64,000 bases of DNA, from positions 135,679-199,678 of the forward strand of contig JAIOIE010000021.1 of NCBI GenBank assembly GCA_019912665.1, read 5' to 3'. Both the position numbers and the translations under genes were made by a program. Of the stretch, positions 20,158 to 30,188 are shown piece after piece. Under the pieces are notes generated by a model. The model saw only the letters and a list, made by a program, of their open reading frames with translations, was not told the DNA's origin and searched no databases. The stretch's first letter is position 1; the number at the start of each line of letters is the position of its first letter. The stretch comes from Deltaproteobacteria bacterium. Its GTDB lineage: Bacteria > Desulfobacterota > GWC2-55-46.

Positions 20158-21258
20158 TCAGGCCTCGTTTTCCCTGATGTAGATATTGAGCAATATCCCG
20201 ACGGCTATGAGGTTCACCATGAGCGCCGTTCCGCCGTAGCTTATAAACGGGAGCGGCAGCCCCTTCGGGGGCAGAAGCCCCATGACGACCCCCATGTTCA
20301 TGGCGGCCTGGAAGACTATCATGAAAGTGAGGCCCAGGGCCAGGTACTGGCCATGGAGGTCCTTTGCCTTTAGCGCAACCTTTATCCCGCAGACGAGTAT
20401 CACGACAAAAAAGGCCGCGACGCCGGCAACGCCTATGAGGCCCAGCTCTTCCCCTATGACCGAGAGTATGAAATCCGTATGCGCCTCGGGCAGGAAAAAG
20501 AGCTTCTGCCTGCCTTCGCCGAGACCCACGCCGTACAGCCCGCCGGAGCCGAAGGCGAGGAACGACTGTATCATCTGGAAGCCCTTGCCCTCAGGGTCTT
20601 TCCAGGGGTCGACGAAGATCATTATCCGGTCCATCATGTACTTGAAATTGTGCACCACGAACCAGAGGCCGAGGCCCAGGAGAGCGAGAGAGCCGAGTAT
20701 GTACCTGAGCCTTACGCCCGCCGCGAATATCATAAGAAATACAATGGAAGCGAGCGCGAGCGAGGTGCCGAGGTCCGTCTCGAACATGATGAGCCCGATT
20801 ATCACGCCGGGTATGAGCACGTTCGGGAGGAAACCCGGGGAAAAGGTCTTTATGAGGTCCTTCTTGGCCGCGAGCGAATACGCGAGGAAGAATATGACCG
20901 CAAGCTTCGCCGGCTCCGAAGGCTGGAAGGCGAGAGGGCCGAGCCTTACCCACCTCCGGGCTCCTCCGGCAGAGAAGCCTATGCCCGGTATGTAAATGAA
21001 TACCAGGAATATGGCGGCCAGTATGAGTATGGGGTAGGCCATCTTTTTATAGACGACATAGGGCACCCTGGAGGCGGCTATCATCATGACGACCCCGGCC
21101 AGGGCGTACGTCAGATGCTTCTTCACGAAGAAGTACTCGTCGCCGAACCTCTTCATCGCCACCACGTAGCTCGTGGAATAGACCATCACCACCCCGAAGA
21201 CCACGAGGAGAAGGGTCGAGATTATGAGGACCCTGTCTATGTCCTTTATCTTTATCAG
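20158..21258 (-). CDS. ftsW: Cell division/peptidoglycan polymerase FtsW (SEDS family); non-canonical start inferred
   Basis: The ORF track starts at GTG 21204, which falls inside predicted TM1 (..LLLVVFGVVMVYSTS). The upstream in-frame sequence (L)[17 protein letters not shown] has no ATG/GTG/TTG. Candidate starts are CTG at 21258 or ATA at 21255, the latter with GGAGG 7 nt upstream. Confidence 0.85.
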   Translation of the reverse strand: MIKIKDIDRVLIISTLLLVVFGVVMVYSTSYVVAMKRFGDEYFFVKKHLTYALAGVVMMIAASRVPYVVYKKMAYPILILAAIFLVFIYIPGIGFSAGGARRWVRLGPLAFQPSEPAKLAVIFFLAYSLAAKKDLIKTFSPGFLPNVLIPGVIIGLIMFETDLGTSLALASIVFLMIFAAGVRLRYILGSLALLGLGLWFVVHNFKYMMDRIMIFVDPWKDPEGKGFQMIQSFLAFGSGGLYGVGLGEGRQKLFFLPEAHTDFILSVIGEELGLIGVAGVAAFFVVILVCGIKVALKAKDLHGQYLALGLTFMIVFQAAMNMGVVMGLLPPKGLPLPFISYGGTALMVNLIAVGILLNIYIRENEA

Positions 21259-22649
21259 AGGGCCTCCACGAGCGACCTGAACCGCTCGCCCCTTTCCTTG
21301 TAGTCCCTGAACATGTCGAAGCTCGAGCAGGCAGGGGAAAGGAGTATCGTATCGCCGGGAAGGGCGTTTTTATGCGCCGTCGCAACCGCCTCCTCGAAAG
21401 ACTCCGCGAGGACCGTCCGGCTGAATCCACCGAGGGCCTTCTCTATCTTGGGCCTGGCCTCTCCGATGAGGACCATGAGCTTCACCTTTTCCTTTATGAG
21501 ATCCGCGAGTACGCCGTAGTCTCCGCCCTTGTCAACACCGCCGGCTATTAGCACCACCGGGCCCTTTAACCCCTTAAGCGCCATCATGAGCGCGCCGACG
21601 TTAGTGCCCTTGGAGTCGTCTATGTAGGTGATCCCGCCGAGTTCCCTCACGACCTCCATCCTGTGGTGGAGGCCCGTAAACGAGGAGAGCGCGGCCAGAA
21701 CAGCCTCCCTATTGGCGCCGGAAAGCCGCGCAGACGCTATGACCGCCATGACGTTCTCGATGTTATGGAGCCCTTTGAGCCTGATGCCGCTTATCGGGTA
21801 CTCCTCCCTTGAGCCGTCATGCCGGAAGACTATATAGCCGCCGTCCAGAAAGAGCCCTTCATCCAAACTGCCTTCTATGGTGAACGGCACGGCCCTTCCG
21901 CACCCGAGGAGGCCCGCCCTTCCGGTTATTGCCGGGTCGTTCGCGTTATAGACCGCGAAGTCTCCCGCGGCCTGGTTCTCGAATAGCCTGAACTTGGTCT
22001 CCGCGTAATGGCCGAAGTCCCTGTACCTGTCGAGGTGGTCGTCGGTAATATTCAACAGCGCCCCCACGCGGGGCCTGAAATGCCTCGTCGTCTCGAGCTG
22101 GAAACTGGAGACCTCAAGCACGATAAAGTCCGCGCCTCCGCCGTTCTCGACGTACTCAATCGCGGGGGTCCCTATATTTCCGCCGACGAAAGCAGAGAAG
22201 CCCGCCTTTTTCATTACTTCCCCGAGGAGGGCGGTAGCGGTCGTCTTCCCGTTGGTCCCGGCTATGGCGAGGACAGGGGCGTCCATGAACCTCCACGCGA
22301 GCTCTATCTCGCTTATGACCTCGGCCCCGTTCTCTCTTGCCCGCTCAAGGAGCGGCAGGTCCGAAGGCACCCCCGGGCTTACGACCACGAGGTCTACCCC
22401 GTCGAGGCCTACACCGTCGTGGCCCCCTGCCCTTACATTGACCCCCATTGAAAGGAGGCTATTAACCCCCTCTATCTTTCCAGCCTCTTTCGAGTCGGTC
22501 GCGATCACGCTGGCGCCGGAGCTACGGAGAAACCTGGATACCGAAATGCCGGTTCTGCCGAGCCCGACCACGACCGCGCTTTTCCCTTCGAGGAACGCCT
22601 TCGCGGCGGCAATAGAGTCTCCTTTCATAACGGCGCTCCGTATCATCAT
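21255..22649 (-). CDS. murD: UDP-N-acetylmuramoylalanine--D-glutamate ligase
   Basis: Motifs seen are [10 protein letters not shown] and GTNGKTT. The likely start is the ATG at 22649, which forms an ATGA overlap with the mraY stop. The ORF-track start at 22733 lies inside mraY. Confidence 0.93.
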   Translation of the reverse strand: MMIRSAVMKGDSIAAAKAFLEGKSAVVVGLGRTGISVSRFLRSSGASVIATDSKEAGKIEGVNSLLSMGVNVRAGGHDGVGLDGVDLVVVSPGVPSDLPLLERARENGAEVISEIELAWRFMDAPVLAIAGTNGKTTATALLGEVMKKAGFSAFVGGNIGTPAIEYVENGGGADFIVLEVSSFQLETTRHFRPRVGALLNITDDHLDRYRDFGHYAETKFRLFENQAAGDFAVYNANDPAITGRAGLLGCGRAVPFTIEGSLDEGLFLDGGYIVFRHDGSREEYPISGIRLKGLHNIENVMAVIASARLSGANREAVLAALSSFTGLHHRMEVVRELGGITYIDDSKGTNVGALMMALKGLKGPVVLIAGGVDKGGDYGVLADLIKEKVKLMVLIGEARPKIEKALGGFSRTVLAESFEEAVATAHKNALPGDTILLSPACSSFDMFRDYKERGERFRSLVEAL

Positions 22650-23716
22650 CTTATCTTCAGGGTGCTTATCGCCACGAGGGCGAGTATTATGGAAATAATC
22701 CAGAACCGCACTATTATCTTGGGCTCGGCCCAACCTTTGAGCTCGAAGTGGTGGTGGATCGGCGCCATCGCGAATACCCTTTTTCCGGTGAGCTTGAAGG
22801 AAGCTACCTGGAAGATGACCGAGAGGGCCTCGACAACGAAGATGCCGCCGACGATCAAAAGCAGGAACTCGTTCTTGGTGATTATGGCTATGGTGCCGAG
22901 CGCGCCGCCGAGCGAAAGCGAGCCCACGTCCCCCATGAAGACCTGCGCCGGGTAAGAGTTGTACCAGAGGAACCCGAGCGAAGCGCCGACCATCGCCCCG
23001 GCAAAGACCGTAAGCTCTCCGGCCTTGGGCACGTACAAGACATGGAGGTAGTTTGCTATTTTCACGTGTCCCACGAGGTACGCGAAGAGCATGAAGGTGG
23101 CCGCTGATATTATCATGGGCCCTATGGCCAGGCCGTCGAGGCCGTCCGTCAGGTTCACCGCGTTCGAGGTGCCCACGATGACGAAGACCACGAACGGGAT
23201 ATAGAAGGCCTTCAGGTCAAAGGAGGCGTCCTTGAAAAAGGGTATGGACACGACCGTGTCAGCGCCGTTGTAATAGAGGAATAGCGCGGCGGCGAGCGCC
23301 ACTACGACCTGCAATGCGAACTTGGACCTCGCCCTGAGCCCGCCTTTCTTCCTCACGACCTTGTCATAGTCGTCCACGAACCCTATGGTCCCCATGCCTA
23401 GCGTTACGAAAAGGAGCAGCCATACGTATTCGTTCATCATGTTGCCCCAGAGGAGCACGGATATTATGACGACGAGCAGTATGAGGGCGCCGCCCATGGT
23501 CGGGGTGCCGGCCTTGCTCTGGTGGTTCGAGGGCCCGCAGTCCCGTATGACCTCGCCGACCTTCAGGGACTTAAGCTTCCTTATGACGTACGGGCCTATG
23601 ATGAAGCTCAGGACGAGCGCGGTTATGGCCGCGTAGATGGTCCTGAAGGTGATGTACTGGAATACGTTGAATATCGTATGGTACTTGGCCAGCGGGTATA
23701 GGAAATAATAGAGCAT
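22646..23716 (-). CDS. mraY: Phospho-N-acetylmuramoyl-pentapeptide transferase
   Basis: The 356-aa polytopic ORF contains the motifs [27 protein letters not shown] and HHHFE. Confidence 0.96.
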   Translation of the reverse strand: MLYYFLYPLAKYHTIFNVFQYITFRTIYAAITALVLSFIIGPYVIRKLKSLKVGEVIRDCGPSNHQSKAGTPTMGGALILLVVIISVLLWGNMMNEYVWLLLFVTLGMGTIGFVDDYDKVVRKKGGLRARSKFALQVVVALAAALFLYYNGADTVVSIPFFKDASFDLKAFYIPFVVFVIVGTSNAVNLTDGLDGLAIGPMIISAATFMLFAYLVGHVKIANYLHVLYVPKAGELTVFAGAMVGASLGFLWYNSYPAQVFMGDVGSLSLGGALGTIAIITKNEFLLLIVGGIFVVEALSVIFQVASFKLTGKRVFAMAPIHHHFELKGWAEPKIIVRFWIISIILALVAISTLKIR

Positions 23717-23745
23717 CTCTTCCTGTTTCTCTTTCTTTTATGATA

Positions 23746-23775
23746 CTGAAAAAGTCCCTCCTTGGACTTTTTCAG
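23746..23775 (-). other. Perfect 12-bp stem / 6-nt loop hairpin in the murF-mraY spacer
   Basis: On the plus strand it reads CTGAAAAAGTCC-CTCCTT-GGACTTTTTCAG. On the mRNA strand the loop reads AAGGAG. Confidence 0.5.
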
Positions 23776-23827
23776 CCACGACTTGCCCGAAGTGAATTCG
23801 CGCAAGCCTTTCGAAACCTGCAGGTCT

Positions 23828-25222
23828 TCAGCCGCAGGCCCTTCTGGTATCCATGCGCTTCAGGAATTCGACCACTTCCTCGAGCGCAACACCCCTTGAG
23901 CCCTTTACGAGGACCGTGTCGCCGTCCGATACGACGGCCCGGAGGGCTTTTAAGGCCTCTTCCTTTGAGGCGAACCCGAATGAGTTCTCGATCCCGGCTG
24001 CTCGCGCCGCCTCCGCCGTGCTCCTTGAGAACTCCCCTATGGCCACAAGTGAATCCACTCCTAGCCCGGCAGCGAGCGCGCCTATTGACGCGTGCTCTCT
24101 CTCGCTCGCGTTCCCGAGCTCGAGCATATCGCCGAGCACGGCGACTTTCCTGCCCCGCGCATCCGCGAGGGTCTTCAATGCCGCTGCCATCGATTCGGGG
24201 TTGGCATTGTAGGTGTCATCAAGCACGATTACATCTCCGGCCCTCACTACCACCATCCTCCCTTTTACGGCAAGGGGGGCCGAGAGCCCGGCTGCCATGT
24301 CTTCGAAAGGCGCCCCGAGCGCAAGAGCCGCGGCAACGGCGGCAGCGCCGTTCATGACGTTCGTAAAGCCGGGTGAGGCGAACCTGGCTTCCAACTTTTT
24401 CCCGCGGACTTCATAGACGGCAGAGGGCCCGGAGAACGGGCCTTCGGAATCCCAGCTTTCGACCTTTACGTCGGCCTTGCCCGACATTGAATAGGTGACG
24501 GTCTCGCCGGGGCCTTTTGAGGCCTTGACAACCCTCGGGTCGTCGATGTTCACAATTTTCACACCGTGCTGCGGAAGGAGCTCGAAAAGCCGTCCCTTCT
24601 CCCTTGCAACGCCTTCGATCGAGCCGAGGCTCTGGAGATGGCTCCTTCCGATATTCGTTATGAGCGCGACGTCGGGCCTGCAAATATTCGCGAGGCGCTC
24701 CATCTCGCCCTCTTCGCTTATGCCAAGCTCGAGGACAGCCGCCTCATGCGAGGGGTCGAGCCCCAGGAGCGTAAGCGGAAGGCCGATGAGGTTATTCCTG
24801 TTCCCCTCGGTCTTCAGTACCTTCCTCGATACCGAAAGTATCGATGCTATCATCTCCTTGGTAGTCGTCTTCCCGGCGCTCCCGGTGACTGCCACGACCG
24901 GGATGCGGTAGATGCTCCTCAAGTGGGCCGCAAGGGAACCTAGCGCCTTTAGCGTGTCGTCTGTTTTTATAACCGCGGCCTCAGCGGGAAGCTCCCTGAG
25001 CCCGTCGTCTTTTTCGACCACTGCAATGGACGCGCCTTTGGCAAAGATCTCCTTAAGGAAGGCGTGCCCGTCGAACCTCGGCCCCTTCAGCGCGAAGAAG
25101 GCCTCGCCCGGCCTGATATTTCGCGAATCGGTCGATACTCCGCCTGCAAGTGTTTCAAGGCTTCCCTTTATGACAGCCCCTTTGATAACAGAGGCCAGCT
25201 CCTTTGCCCTTAAAGGCCTCAT
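23828..25222 (-). CDS. murF: UDP-N-acetylmuramoyl-tripeptide--D-alanyl-D-alanine ligase
   Basis: The 464-aa ORF has the Mur ligase P-loop GSAGKTTTKE. It sits between murE and mraY. Confidence 0.93.
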   Translation of the reverse strand: MRPLRAKELASVIKGAVIKGSLETLAGGVSTDSRNIRPGEAFFALKGPRFDGHAFLKEIFAKGASIAVVEKDDGLRELPAEAAVIKTDDTLKALGSLAAHLRSIYRIPVVAVTGSAGKTTTKEMIASILSVSRKVLKTEGNRNNLIGLPLTLLGLDPSHEAAVLELGISEEGEMERLANICRPDVALITNIGRSHLQSLGSIEGVAREKGRLFELLPQHGVKIVNIDDPRVVKASKGPGETVTYSMSGKADVKVESWDSEGPFSGPSAVYEVRGKKLEARFASPGFTNVMNGAAAVAAALALGAPFEDMAAGLSAPLAVKGRMVVVRAGDVIVLDDTYNANPESMAAALKTLADARGRKVAVLGDMLELGNASEREHASIGALAAGLGVDSLVAIGEFSRSTAEAARAAGIENSFGFASKEEALKALRAVVSDGDTVLVKGSRGVALEEVVEFLKRMDTRRACG

Positions 25223-26748
25223 AGGGCCTGCCTCGCAGCCATGCCGCCGGGGTGGATAAGGGAGCGAAGCTCCTCGTAGTCGTCAAAATGGTGCTTTACG
25301 CCCTTTATTATCTGGTAGTCCTCGTGCCCCTTGCCCGCGGCGAGTATGGTATCGCCCTTGCCCGCGATGCTCACCGCCTTCCGGAGCGCCTCCCTCCTCT
25401 CGGGGATCACCATATAGCCCTTTCCGGAGGGCCTCTCCCCTGGGGCGAACTTCCTTGTGCCCCTCATGCCCGCTTCTATCTCGCTGATTATCTCCAGCGG
25501 GTCCTCGTCCCTCGGGTTGTCGGACGTGACTATGACTATGTCCGAATGCCTGGCCGCGGCTTCGCCCATCCTGGACCTCTTTTTTCTATCGCGGTTTCCG
25601 CCGCAGCCGAATACGGTTATGAGCCTGCCGCTCGTTACGGGCCTCAATGCAAGAAGCGCCCGCTCGAGCGCGTCCTCGGTATGCGCGTAATCGACGTAGG
25701 CCCTGAATGCGTCCTCGCCGCCTGATACGAGCTTCTCAAGCCGTCCGGGCACGCGTTCGAGCCTGCCTATGCCCCTGGCCGCGATCCTAGGCTCTATGCC
25801 CATCGATACGGCAACCGCCATTGCGGAGAGTATGTTCTGCAGGTTGTATTCACCGACCAGGTGCGCATCTATCGCGGCCTCGCCCGCGGGGGTCGATATG
25901 ACCGCCTCGGTCCGACCTTCGAGGAGGGAGTAGCTCTTTGGGTGGACCGATGCGCCACCGTCCCTCAGGCTAAAGGTGATTGCGCCCGGGTTGGCCTCCT
26001 TGAGTCTTCTCCCCCAGGGGTCGTCGATGTTTATGACTTGTATTCCGCCGGATGAGCGGAGCATGTCGAAGAGGATGGACTTGCACCTGAAGTACTCGTC
26101 CATCGTCTTGTGGTAGTCAAGGTGGTCGTGCGTGAGATTTGTGAAGGCCCCGGCCCTGAACCTCAGGTGCGCGGCCCGCTTCTGCTCGAGCGCGTGGGAA
26201 GAGACCTCCATGACGCAGTGCGTAACATTCGCGTCCGCCATCTCCCGGAGCATCCTATGGAGGTCCGGGGCCTGCGGGGTGGTGTGGGGGGCGCTGAAGA
26301 CCTCCCCGTTATAGCGGTAGTTTACGGTGCCTATGACGCCGGGTCTCATCCCGGCCTCAAGGAGTATCGATTCGATCAGATAAGTGGTGGTCGTCTTCCC
26401 GTTCGTGCCAGTAACCCCTATTACGGCTACTTCCCTTGACGGCTCGCCGTAGAAGATGTCAGAGGCCCTTGAGATGGCCTCCCTTACGTCCGGCACTATG
26501 AGCTGGGTCGCGGATATGGAAGGGGTCTCCCTCTCGGCAAGGACGGCGAGAGCGCCGGATGAAACGGCCTGGGGTATGAAGGAGTGGCCGTCAACGTGCT
26601 CGCCGGGAATGGCGGCGAAGAGGACCCCTTCGCCCGGACGGCTGCTTCTTACGATATTTCGCGAATCAGAGGAGATGCCGGTAATCTCTATATCGACCCT
26701 TCCAAGGACCTTGCAGCCCAGGGACGGCGTTATCTGGCCAAGTTTCAT
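25219..26748 (-). CDS. murE: UDP-N-acetylmuramoyl-L-alanyl-D-glutamate--2,6-diaminopimelate ligase
   Basis: The 509-aa ORF contains GVTGTNGKTTTTY and a DNPR motif (SDNPRDEDP). It overlaps murF by 4 nt. Confidence 0.93.
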   Translation of the reverse strand: MKLGQITPSLGCKVLGRVDIEITGISSDSRNIVRSSRPGEGVLFAAIPGEHVDGHSFIPQAVSSGALAVLAERETPSISATQLIVPDVREAISRASDIFYGEPSREVAVIGVTGTNGKTTTTYLIESILLEAGMRPGVIGTVNYRYNGEVFSAPHTTPQAPDLHRMLREMADANVTHCVMEVSSHALEQKRAAHLRFRAGAFTNLTHDHLDYHKTMDEYFRCKSILFDMLRSSGGIQVINIDDPWGRRLKEANPGAITFSLRDGGASVHPKSYSLLEGRTEAVISTPAGEAAIDAHLVGEYNLQNILSAMAVAVSMGIEPRIAARGIGRLERVPGRLEKLVSGGEDAFRAYVDYAHTEDALERALLALRPVTSGRLITVFGCGGNRDRKKRSRMGEAAARHSDIVIVTSDNPRDEDPLEIISEIEAGMRGTRKFAPGERPSGKGYMVIPERREALRKAVSIAGKGDTILAAGKGHEDYQIIKGVKHHFDDYEELRSLIHPGGMAARQAL

Positions 26749-26865
26749 GCTGCCTCTTAAAGCTTAAGGAAACCGGCGACTTACGTTCCCGAAAGCCGGG
26801 ACCCGGGCGCCTGCTTCAACTCGGTATTGTCTCACAAGAGGGGCTTTCTTTTCAAACCCTTCTTT

Positions 26866-28830
26866 TTACCTGAAATCCACTATCACCGGCCCTTTGGACG
26901 GTATGGACGAGCCGGGCGGAGGCATCTGGCTTACGGCCCTGCCGCTACCCCTGACCTCGACATCAAAGGACCTCTCCCTTGACATCCTCATCACCATTCT
27001 CACGGACTTCCCCTTGAAGTCCGGGACGGCCATGGGCCGTATCTCGGAAGGCTCCTCGGCGGTTTCGTCAACTGGCGCCGCGTCCTCATGCATGAGGGCC
27101 CTTTCGACCCTCATCGCGCCAGGCTCTTCCCTGAAAACCCCAAGGTACGCCAATGACTCCTCGGCTATTTCCCTGAATACAGGGCCGGCCACCAGCCCGC
27201 CGTAATACTCGCCCTGAGGCTCGTCTACGGTCACAAGTATCGCAAGCCTCGGATCGTCCGCCGGCACAAAGCCCATGAAAGAGGCTATGTATGCCCCTCT
27301 CGCATAACCGCCCTTTTTGAAGTCGGGCTTCTGCGCTGTCCCGGTCTTCCCGGCAACATCAAAATCCGGAAGCGCCGCAAGCGCTCCCGTGCTTTTTTCC
27401 TTGGTGGCCTCCACCATCATCTTCGTAAGCTTTCTGGCCGTATCCTCCGAGATGATCCTTTTTACGACAACCGGATGGGTCTCGGCGACCGGCCTGCCGC
27501 CGGGCTCCTTGACGGATTTCACCACGTAAGGCTGCATGAGGAAGCCGCCGTTCGCTATGGAAGAAAGCGCCGTGATCATCTGTAGCCCCGTTACCGACAC
27601 CCCCTGGCCGAAGGATATGGTATGGAGAGAGACCTTCGACCAGTTCTTCGGGTGCCTGAGGACCCCTGCGGCCTCGCCCGGCAGGTCTATGCCGTTCCTT
27701 GAGCCGAAGCCGAACGCCTTAAGATACCTGTAAATCTGCTCCCTGCCGAGCTCCTCTCCTATCTTGGCCGTCCCTATGTTGCTCGAAAACTTGAGTATCT
27801 CGGTGACGGTAAGCCAGCCGTGCTCTTTAGTATCGTGGAAGACCCTGTCTGCCACCTTGTACTTGCCGTTCTCGCAGTAGAAACGGCTTTCCGGCTTTAC
27901 AATGTTCTCCTCAAGGGCGGCGGCAATGAGAAAGAGCTTGAATGTGGAACCCGGCTCGAAAGCGTCGGCTATGGCCCTGTTCCTCCAGCTTCCCGAGCCG
28001 TAGCGCCGTATGTCGTTCGGGTCAAAGGAGGGCTGGGTAGCCATCGCGAGTATCTCGCCCGTCATGGGGTCCATGACCACGGCCGTCCCGCCCTTTGCGT
28101 TATACGAGTCAACGGCCTTCTTGAGCGACTTCTCGGCTATGTACTGGATCGACTTGTCGATCGTAAGCTCGACTTCCATGCCCTGGAGCGGCACGGTCTT
28201 GTCGAGGTCCTCGTAAAGGAGGCCCCTGCCCATCGCGTCCCTCTCCCCGGTGAGCCTTGCCGAGGAGCCTTTGAGCATCGCGTCATAGTACTTCTCGACG
28301 CCTTCAAGGCCGCTTGCGTCCAGGCCGGTGAAGCCTATGAGGTTGGAGGCGAGCTGCCTGTTCGGGTAAAACCTCCTGCCCTCCTTTATAATCCCTATGC
28401 CTTCGAGGCCGCGTATCATGTCGCGGTCCTTGCCCTTCAAGTCAACCTGGCGCTTGAGCCACACGAACCTCCCCTCCCCCGAGAGCTTTTTTTCGAGCTC
28501 GAAGGAGGATACCCCGATTACCGGAGCGAGCGCCCTGGCCGTCGCCCTGGGGGATTCTATCTTGTCGGGCTGGGCGAATATCGAGTCCACCTCTATGCTC
28601 ACGGCCAGCTCTTTAAGGTTCCTGTCGTATATGTCCCCCCTCTTGGACTGGAGGTTCAGGGTCTTCCTGTGCTGCCTGTCGGCCATCTTCTTAAGCTCCG
28701 GCCCCTTCACGATCTGGAGCTGGACGGCCCTGAAGATTATCATGCCGAAGGCCGCGAGGAAGAGGCCCAGGATGACAGTCAGCCTGAGCTTGAGATACGC
28801 ATCTGCTTTGGCCTGCTTCTTCCTCCTCAT
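26866..28830 (-). CDS. ftsI: Peptidoglycan D,D-transpeptidase FtsI (class B PBP)
   Basis: The 654-aa ORF has an N-terminal TM segment, transpeptidase motifs STFK, SSN and KTGT, and a C-terminal PASTA-like tail. Confidence 0.92.
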   Translation of the reverse strand: MRRKKQAKADAYLKLRLTVILGLFLAAFGMIIFRAVQLQIVKGPELKKMADRQHRKTLNLQSKRGDIYDRNLKELAVSIEVDSIFAQPDKIESPRATARALAPVIGVSSFELEKKLSGEGRFVWLKRQVDLKGKDRDMIRGLEGIGIIKEGRRFYPNRQLASNLIGFTGLDASGLEGVEKYYDAMLKGSSARLTGERDAMGRGLLYEDLDKTVPLQGMEVELTIDKSIQYIAEKSLKKAVDSYNAKGGTAVVMDPMTGEILAMATQPSFDPNDIRRYGSGSWRNRAIADAFEPGSTFKLFLIAAALEENIVKPESRFYCENGKYKVADRVFHDTKEHGWLTVTEILKFSSNIGTAKIGEELGREQIYRYLKAFGFGSRNGIDLPGEAAGVLRHPKNWSKVSLHTISFGQGVSVTGLQMITALSSIANGGFLMQPYVVKSVKEPGGRPVAETHPVVVKRIISEDTARKLTKMMVEATKEKSTGALAALPDFDVAGKTGTAQKPDFKKGGYARGAYIASFMGFVPADDPRLAILVTVDEPQGEYYGGLVAGPVFREIAEESLAYLGVFREEPGAMRVERALMHEDAAPVDETAEEPSEIRPMAVPDFKGKSVRMVMRMSRERSFDVEVRGSGRAVSQMPPPGSSIPSKGPVIVDFR

Positions 28831-29171
28831 CTGAGGACGATTATCTGCCCGCTCTTGGGATTTTCGAAGCCCATCTCCGCCGCGATGCCCTCTATCCTCT
28901 CCGGAGACTTAAGGCGCACGTATTCGAGCTTGAGCCTCTTATTCTGCTCTATGAGGGCCGCCCTGGTGCTGTTTGCCTTCGATATCCCGTAGCCGGCGTT
29001 CACCACCATGAGCCTGCTCCAGACGAAGCCGAATATGATAAGCATGGCGGCGAGCGAGGCGGCCACGGCGAAGTATATGAAGTTCAAATCCCTCGGGTCC
29101 CTTTTGGCCTTTACGTCCTGCCCGAGGAGCACCCCGGGGAACTCGAGCTTTTTGCTTACCACCTCAGCCAT
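28827..29171 (-). CDS. ftsL: Cell division protein FtsL
   Basis: The 114-aa ORF has a single TM segment followed by a coiled-coil region. It sits between rsmH and ftsI and overlaps ftsI by 4 nt. Confidence 0.8.
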   Translation of the reverse strand: MAEVVSKKLEFPGVLLGQDVKAKRDPRDLNFIYFAVAASLAAMLIIFGFVWSRLMVVNAGYGISKANSTRAALIEQNKRLKLEYVRLKSPERIEGIAAEMGFENPKSGQIIVLR

Positions 29172-29249
29172 GATTGCCTCCTTCTGCCTTTTGCGCCTTG
29201 TATCCTGTCATCATCCGGCCCCCGGCCGGAGGTCGGATTAAAAACAATA

Positions 29250-30185
29250 TCAGAGCTTCTCGATTGCACGGAGCTTTGCGCTCCTTGCCCTCGGGTTCCT
29301 CCCGACCTCTTCCTCCGAGGGCGCGACCGCCTTTTTCGATACGAGCCTTGCCTGCGGCGTCTTTTTACATACGCAGACCGGGAACTTCGGGGGACATATG
29401 CAGCCGGTCGCGGCCTTTCTGAACGCGTCCTTAACGATCCTGTCCTCGAGCGAGTGGAAGGATATGACGACCATCCTGCCGCCGGGCTTAAGCGACTCTA
29501 TACCGGCCGCGAGGCCCTCGCCTAAACTTCCGAGCTCGTCGTTCACTGCTATCCTCAGGGCCTGGAAAACGCGCGTGGCCGGGTGTATTCTCCCGCCCCT
29601 CAACTTCGCCGGGACCGCCTCGACGACTATGCGCTGGAGCTCGCCGGTCGTCTCTATCGGCCTCGCGGCCCTCGCCTTCACGATGGCCCTGGCTATCCTC
29701 CTTGAGTGCGCCTCTTCGCCATATTCCCTGAAGATGCGGAAAAGCTCGCTTTCGTCGAGCGTATTGACAAGGTCGCGGGCCGTAAGCCCGGAGGACCTGT
29801 CCATCCTCATATCGAGCCTCGAGTCGAAGCGGAAGCTAAAGCCCCGCTCCGGACTTTCGAGCTGGTATGACGAGACCCCCAAGTCCAGGAGCATGCCGTC
29901 AACCGGACCCTCGTCGAGACGGTCGAGGACCGCGCTTACGTTCCTGAAGTTTTCCTTTACGAGGACGAACCTTCCGGCAAAGGGCGCGAGCGCCTTCCGG
30001 GCCGCTGCCAGCGCATCCGAATCCCTGTCCAGGCCTATCAGCCTGTTCTCCGGGTTCGCCCTGAGTATCTCGGAGGCGTGCCCGCCGCCGCCAACCGTAC
30101 CGTCCACATAGGCCCCCGCCCGGACGCAGCCGAGAAAATCCACGACCTCGGCCGGCATCACTGGAAGGTGCGCGAACTCCGCCAT
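29250..30185 (-). CDS. rsmH: 16S rRNA (cytosine1402-N4)-methyltransferase
   Basis: The 311-aa ORF contains HLPVMPAEV, DGTVGGGGHA and DLGVSSYQL motifs. Confidence 0.95.
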   Translation of the reverse strand: MAEFAHLPVMPAEVVDFLGCVRAGAYVDGTVGGGGHASEILRANPENRLIGLDRDSDALAAARKALAPFAGRFVLVKENFRNVSAVLDRLDEGPVDGMLLDLGVSSYQLESPERGFSFRFDSRLDMRMDRSSGLTARDLVNTLDESELFRIFREYGEEAHSRRIARAIVKARAARPIETTGELQRIVVEAVPAKLRGGRIHPATRVFQALRIAVNDELGSLGEGLAAGIESLKPGGRMVVISFHSLEDRIVKDAFRKAATGCICPPKFPVCVCKKTPQARLVSKKAVAPSEEEVGRNPRARSAKLRAIEKL

Positions 30186-30188
30186 TTC

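Noticed and set aside
23740-24357. 205-aa plus-strand Arg/Pro-rich ORF
   Set aside because: It is antisense to murF and its composition is typical of a spurious frame.
27820-28992. 390-aa plus-strand ORF
   Set aside because: It is antisense to ftsI/ftsL, has no recognisable motifs, and is a GC-rich antisense artefact.
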